Source: Desulfatiglandales bacterium
Lineage (GTDB): Bacteria; Desulfobacterota; DSM-4660; Desulfatiglandales; Desulfatiglandaceae
Direction of reading: 5' to 3'
Length of the DNA: 64,000 nt
Assembly (NCBI GenBank): GCA_963662465.1
Contig: OY759599.1
Span: forward strand, 1,152,001 to 1,216,000
Positions within the stretch are counted from its first letter, which is position 1. Every line of letters starts with the position of its first letter. Below the pieces are notes generated by a model. It saw only the letters and a list, made by a program, of their open reading frames with translations. It was not told where the DNA came from and ran no database searches. Positions 59,893 through 64,000 of the stretch are shown piece after piece. A program made the translations under genes and the position numbers.

Positions 59893-61260
59893 ATGATCAA
59901 CAGAGATTCACTAAGCTATTTAAAAGAATGGTCTTACAGAAGTAAACGTAAGCCCATGTTAATCCGCGGTGCACGTCAGGTCGGCAAAACCACCCTGGTG
60001 CGGATGTTTGCGGAGCAGCAGAATTTTCAGTTGGTTGAACTCAATATGGAGAAACCCTGGAGGTTTATCCCAACACTGAATGATTTGAATCCTCACAGGA
60101 CGATTGAGGCCATTGAGTTCGAACTCCATGTCGATATCGATCCCAAACGATCTGTTATTTTCTTTGATGAAGTACAGTCTTGCCCGCCTGTTCTATCTCT
60201 TCTTCGGTATTTCTACGAGGAGGCGCCGGAATACAGAATAATCGCGACCGGATCACTTCTGGAATTTGTGTTGGCTGAACCGAAATTTTCCATTCCGGTG
60301 GGACGCATTGAACTTTTTTATCTCGGTCCCCTGACCTTTCAAGAATTTCTGTCGGCAACGGGAGAGGACAAAGCCATCGCGAAATTAGAGCGCTACAAAT
60401 TTGGCGACATAATCCAGGAACCGGTTCATGAAAAACTGAACCATCTGGTACGCATATTCAATGTCGTGGGCGGGATGCCTGAGGCCATCAGTTGTTTTGC
60501 CCGGAACCGCAGTTTTAAAGAAGTCGAAAGGGTCAAATCGGAGATTGTCGAGACATTTCGCTTGGATTTCAATAAATATCACGGCAAGGCAAATCCACAA
60601 CTCCTCACGATGGTTTTTGATGCAATGCCTCGGTTGATGGGGAAAAAACTCATCTACTCTCACTTGACGCCGAACTACCGGTCCAATGACTTGGCAAAGG
60701 CGGTTCAACAACTGTGTCTGGCCCGGATCATCACAAAGGTTTTTCATAGCCACGCCAATGGAACGCCGTTGGCAGCGGAGAAGAACGAACGATTTTTCAA
60801 GATGATGCTCCTTGACGTTGGGCTATTGCTGACGCAATTGAATCTCATACCCACTGAAATTGAACAGGTCGGAGAGTTGAACCTGGTGAATAACGGAACT
60901 TTGGCGGAGCAATTTATCGGCCAGCATCTTTATCAAGCGCAGCCGCATTACAGGACGCCCGAGCTTTTCTACTGGGCGCGAGAGAGAAAATCTTCATCGG
61001 CTGAGGTGGACTATGTGATCACCGATGGTTTTAATAATGTCGTTCCTGTTGAGATTAAGGCCGGCAGTACCGGAAGTCTGCGATCTCTGCAAATCATGGT
61101 CCTGGAAAAATCATTGTCCCGCGCCGTCAGATTTTGTTCAGCGCAACCGACCCTATTCACTGAAAGAAGAAAAACAGCAAAGGGGACGGTGGATTTCAAG
61201 TTGATTTCTTTACCGCATTATCTGGTGCAGCAGCTTCAACGGTTACTTTCCGAGTTTTAA
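59893..61260 (+). CDS. AAA_14 ATPase with DUF4143 domain
   Basis: GARQVGKT, FFDEVQ, GGMPE, EVDY...PVEIKAG. Confidence 0.88.
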   Translation: MINRDSLSYLKEWSYRSKRKPMLIRGARQVGKTTLVRMFAEQQNFQLVELNMEKPWRFIPTLNDLNPHRTIEAIEFELHVDIDPKRSVIFFDEVQSCPPVLSLLRYFYEEAPEYRIIATGSLLEFVLAEPKFSIPVGRIELFYLGPLTFQEFLSATGEDKAIAKLERYKFGDIIQEPVHEKLNHLVRIFNVVGGMPEAISCFARNRSFKEVERVKSEIVETFRLDFNKYHGKANPQLLTMVFDAMPRLMGKKLIYSHLTPNYRSNDLAKAVQQLCLARIITKVFHSHANGTPLAAEKNERFFKMMLLDVGLLLTQLNLIPTEIEQVGELNLVNNGTLAEQFIGQHLYQAQPHYRTPELFYWARERKSSSAEVDYVITDGFNNVVPVEIKAGSTGSLRSLQIMVLEKSLSRAVRFCSAQPTLFTERRKTAKGTVDFKLISLPHYLVQQLQRLLSEF

Positions 61261-61342
61261 ATTAAGCGCTTGGCCTTTAACCGCTTTTGTGGCTTAAGGC
61301 CCGAAATTTTAAGGAGTCTGTGAAACGATATTGGAGAAAGAC

Positions 61343-62701
61343 ATGAAAAGCATCAATCCGGCAACAAATGAAGTGATAAAAGAGTACACGGAATATACAC
61401 CGACGGAAGTTCAAAATATTATTCAAGCCGTTGAGACCGATTGGCGAATCTGGAAAACCTTTTCCTTCGCTGACCGCGCCAGGCTCATGAAAAATGTCGC
61501 TCAAATTCTCAAAAAAGAGCGAGATGAGTGCGCTGCCATGATGACCGCCGAGATGGGCAAAGTGATTCAGGAGTCGCGAACGGAAATCGAAAAATGTGCT
61601 TGTGTTTGTGAATACTATGCGGAAAACGCTGAAAAATTTCTCGAAGATGAAGTGGTCAAAACCACCTGTTTAAAAAGTTTTGTCGCCTTTCAACCCTTAG
61701 GGCCGATTTTGGCGGTGATGCCCTGGAATTACCCGTTTTCCCAGGTTTTCCGATTTATCGCTCCCGCTCTGATGGCTGGGAATGCCGGTGTCTTGAAGCA
61801 TGCTTCCAACGTGATGGGATGCGCGCTTAAAATCGAAGAGATTGTGCGAAAAGCCGGTTTCCCTGAAAATCTGTTCAGATCCCTGGTTGTTTCATCCGGG
61901 CAGGTTGCGGATGTGATCAGGCATCCGGCGATCAAAGCGGTAACGTTTACCGGAAGTGAGGCTGCCGGCAGTAACGTGGCTGAAGCTGCCGGTAAGGCGC
62001 TTAAAAAGACGGTTTTAGAATTGGGTGGCTCAAATCCGTTTGTAGTGCTGGAAGATGCGGATCTGGAAGAATGCGCTAAAACAGCGGTGATTGCTAGAAA
62101 CTGGAATGCCGGTCAGGTTTGTATTGCGGCGAAGCGGTTTATCATCGTTGCGTCCGTAGCTGAAAAATTCGAAGCGATTCAGAAAGAGGCCACTGAAGCC
62201 CTGGTTGTGGGAGATCCTGCGGATGAAAGTACCCAGCTGGCGCCCATGTCTCGATGGGATCTGCTGGAAAATTTGCACGTCCAGGTTGAAAAAAGCATCG
62301 CAATGGGCGCCAGGCTGGTGACCGGTGGTAAAAAGTTGGATCGCCCGGGGAATTTCTATGCGGCGACCATCCTTTCAAATGTCGGAAAAGGGATGCCGGT
62401 TTATGAAGAAGAGACCTTCGGACCCGTTGCCGCCAACATTATTGTCAAGGATGAAGTGGAAGCCATTAAGGTTGCCAATGATACGCAATTCGGCCTCGGC
62501 GCCAGTGTTTGGACAAAGGATCACGCCAGGGGCGAACGCGTCGCCCGCGAAATCGAATCCGGAATGGTATTTGTCAACAGCAAGGTTGCTTCCATGCCGC
62601 AGATGCCCTTTGGCGGTGTAAAACGCTCCGGATATGGTCGGGAACTCTCCCCCTATGGCATCAAGGAGTTCGTTAATATCAAAAGTATTTGCATCCGATA
62701 A
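61343..62701 (+). CDS. NAD(P)-dependent aldehyde dehydrogenase (succinate-semialdehyde DH family)
   Basis: PWNYP, FTGS, LELGG, GQVC, EETFGP, PFGGVKRSG. Confidence 0.92.
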   Translation: MKSINPATNEVIKEYTEYTPTEVQNIIQAVETDWRIWKTFSFADRARLMKNVAQILKKERDECAAMMTAEMGKVIQESRTEIEKCACVCEYYAENAEKFLEDEVVKTTCLKSFVAFQPLGPILAVMPWNYPFSQVFRFIAPALMAGNAGVLKHASNVMGCALKIEEIVRKAGFPENLFRSLVVSSGQVADVIRHPAIKAVTFTGSEAAGSNVAEAAGKALKKTVLELGGSNPFVVLEDADLEECAKTAVIARNWNAGQVCIAAKRFIIVASVAEKFEAIQKEATEALVVGDPADESTQLAPMSRWDLLENLHVQVEKSIAMGARLVTGGKKLDRPGNFYAATILSNVGKGMPVYEEETFGPVAANIIVKDEVEAIKVANDTQFGLGASVWTKDHARGERVAREIESGMVFVNSKVASMPQMPFGGVKRSGYGRELSPYGIKEFVNIKSICIR

Positions 62702-62707
62702 TATGCG

Positions 62708-62812
62708 TTTACCATGAAAATGCAGCGGTTAGCTGTTAGCTGTTAGCTTAAAAGCGGTAGATGGCATTTTCATGTTTGGGGGTGAATACCCGTATGATTC
62801 ATGAGCGTTTAC
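62708..62812 (-). repeat. ~110-bp intergenic repeat element, copy B
   Basis: Reverse complement matches 38074..38184. Confidence 0.8.
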
Positions 62813-62821
62813 TTGGTTCAC

Positions 62822-63922
62822 CTAGAGCGGCGTGTAGGGCAACCCAAGGCTTTCGGCCACGGCCTTGTAGACCACATTCCCCTTGATCACATTCATCCCC
62901 CGGGCAATCCGGGGGTTTTCCCACATGGCTTTTTCATACCCCGAATTGGCGATTTCCAGCGCGTAAGGCAGGGTGGCGTTGGTGAGCGCCATGGTGGATG
63001 TTCGGGGCACGGCGCCGGGCATGTTGTTGACGCAATAATGGACGATGCCCTCTTCCACGAAGGTGGGATCTTCGTGGGTGGTGGGGCGGCTGGTCTCGCA
63101 GGCCCCGCCCTGATCGATGGAAATATCCACGATGGCGGCCCCGGGTTTCATTTTCTTGAGCAGGTCCCGGGAGATGAGCTTGGGCGCGCAGGCGCCTGGG
63201 ATGAGAACCGAACAGATGACGAGATCTGCTTTCATGACCTCCTCTTCCAGCATGCCCTCATTGCTCATGAGGGTGGTCACGCTCCCCCGCATGACATCGT
63301 TGATGTAGTCCAGCCGTTCCTGGTTGATATCCAGGATGGTGACCCGGGCCCCGGCGCCCACGGCGCTGAAACAGGCATGCAGGCCGGAAACCCCGGCCCC
63401 GATGATGACCACATAGGCCGGCCGAACCCCCGGGACGCCGCTCAGCAGTACCCCCATCCCGCCGGATTTGGCTTCAAGGCAATAGGCGCCGGCCTGAATG
63501 GATAATCGTCCCGCAACGGCGCTCATGGGCGCCAGGAGGGGAAGGGTCCCCTTCTCGGTTTGAATGGTTTCGTAGGCAATGCCCACCACTTTCTTTTCAA
63601 TCATTTTTTCAGCCAGGCCTTTGGCCGCCGCCAGGTGAAGGTAGGTAAAAATGATCTGCCCCTCTCTCATCAGATCATATTCAATGGGAAGGGGCTCTTT
63701 GACCTTCATGATCATATGAGCCGATGCCCATATGTTTTTCTGCTGAACAATGATTTGTGCGCCGGCCTGAATATATTGTTCATTGGGAAAACCGCTGCCG
63801 AAGCCGGCATTGGATTGGATTAGGACCGTGTGGCCGTTCTGAACGAGGGTCCTGACACCCGAAGGGGTGACGGCCACGCGTTTTTCAGCGACTTTGACTT
63901 CTGTTGGGATACCGATGATCAT
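62822..63922 (-). CDS. ald: Alanine dehydrogenase
   Basis: KVKEP, FTYLHLA, IDQGG, NMPGAVPRTST. Confidence 0.95.
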   Translation of the reverse strand: MIIGIPTEVKVAEKRVAVTPSGVRTLVQNGHTVLIQSNAGFGSGFPNEQYIQAGAQIIVQQKNIWASAHMIMKVKEPLPIEYDLMREGQIIFTYLHLAAAKGLAEKMIEKKVVGIAYETIQTEKGTLPLLAPMSAVAGRLSIQAGAYCLEAKSGGMGVLLSGVPGVRPAYVVIIGAGVSGLHACFSAVGAGARVTILDINQERLDYINDVMRGSVTTLMSNEGMLEEEVMKADLVICSVLIPGACAPKLISRDLLKKMKPGAAIVDISIDQGGACETSRPTTHEDPTFVEEGIVHYCVNNMPGAVPRTSTMALTNATLPYALEIANSGYEKAMWENPRIARGMNVIKGNVVYKAVAESLGLPYTPL

Positions 63923-64000
63923 AACGTTAATCTCCTTTTATAAAAGTTGTGCCCCCTGCCCCCTGACAACTGCCCCCTTCTCATATATAAATTTTAGGCA

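Noticed and set aside
62801..63505. Long antisense ORFs (62801..63505, 58698..59444, 14345..14980, 4915..5430 and similar)
   Set aside because: Shadows of well-supported genes on the opposite strand in GC-rich coding DNA.
1..64000. CRISPR array, tRNA, rRNA or DGR template repeat
   Set aside because: No regularly spaced identical short repeats, cloverleaf or rRNA-like sequence, and no AAC-rich copy of the variable segment found by eye.

Overview
Bacterial DNA; gene content suggests Desulfobacterota/deltaproteobacteria (inference). (1) 1-~4.9 kb: right end of an integrated phage-like element (portal C-terminus, scaffold, major capsid, a structured intergenic segment, RHH regulator, tyrosine integrase), with no tail genes visible. 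(2) 5-15 kb: host genes fabH, MFS, Nudix, Uma2, fused hisH-hisF, nitrilase and moeA, plus an IS1634-like element. (3) 15-32 kb: a ~17-kb integrase-less island bracketed by two copies of the moeA 3' end. It carries an IS-disrupted AAA_21 ATPase/DUF4276 pair and an 8-gene Ser/Thr kinase-PP2C-FHA-vWA-ABC-M48 cluster. The cluster ends in a tandem Lcl (DUF1566, C-type-lectin-fold) protein whose terminal segment has the codon signature of a DGR variable region, but no DGR RT or template is in the window. (4) 32-39 kb: cobO-like gene, csp, a decaying ArsR-permease-thioredoxin-CcdA operon, orn and small palindromic repeats. (5) 39-54 kb: AT-rich accessory region with a U32 gene, a truncated group II intron, two IS elements, and three co-oriented cargo genes separated by four copies of a degenerate ~130-bp repeat. 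(6) 54-64 kb: helicase, B3/B4 protein, frameshifted symporter, methyltransferase, slyX, AAA-DUF4143, aldehyde dehydrogenase and ald. No tRNA, rRNA or CRISPR array was seen. All family calls are by motif recognition, not database searches.
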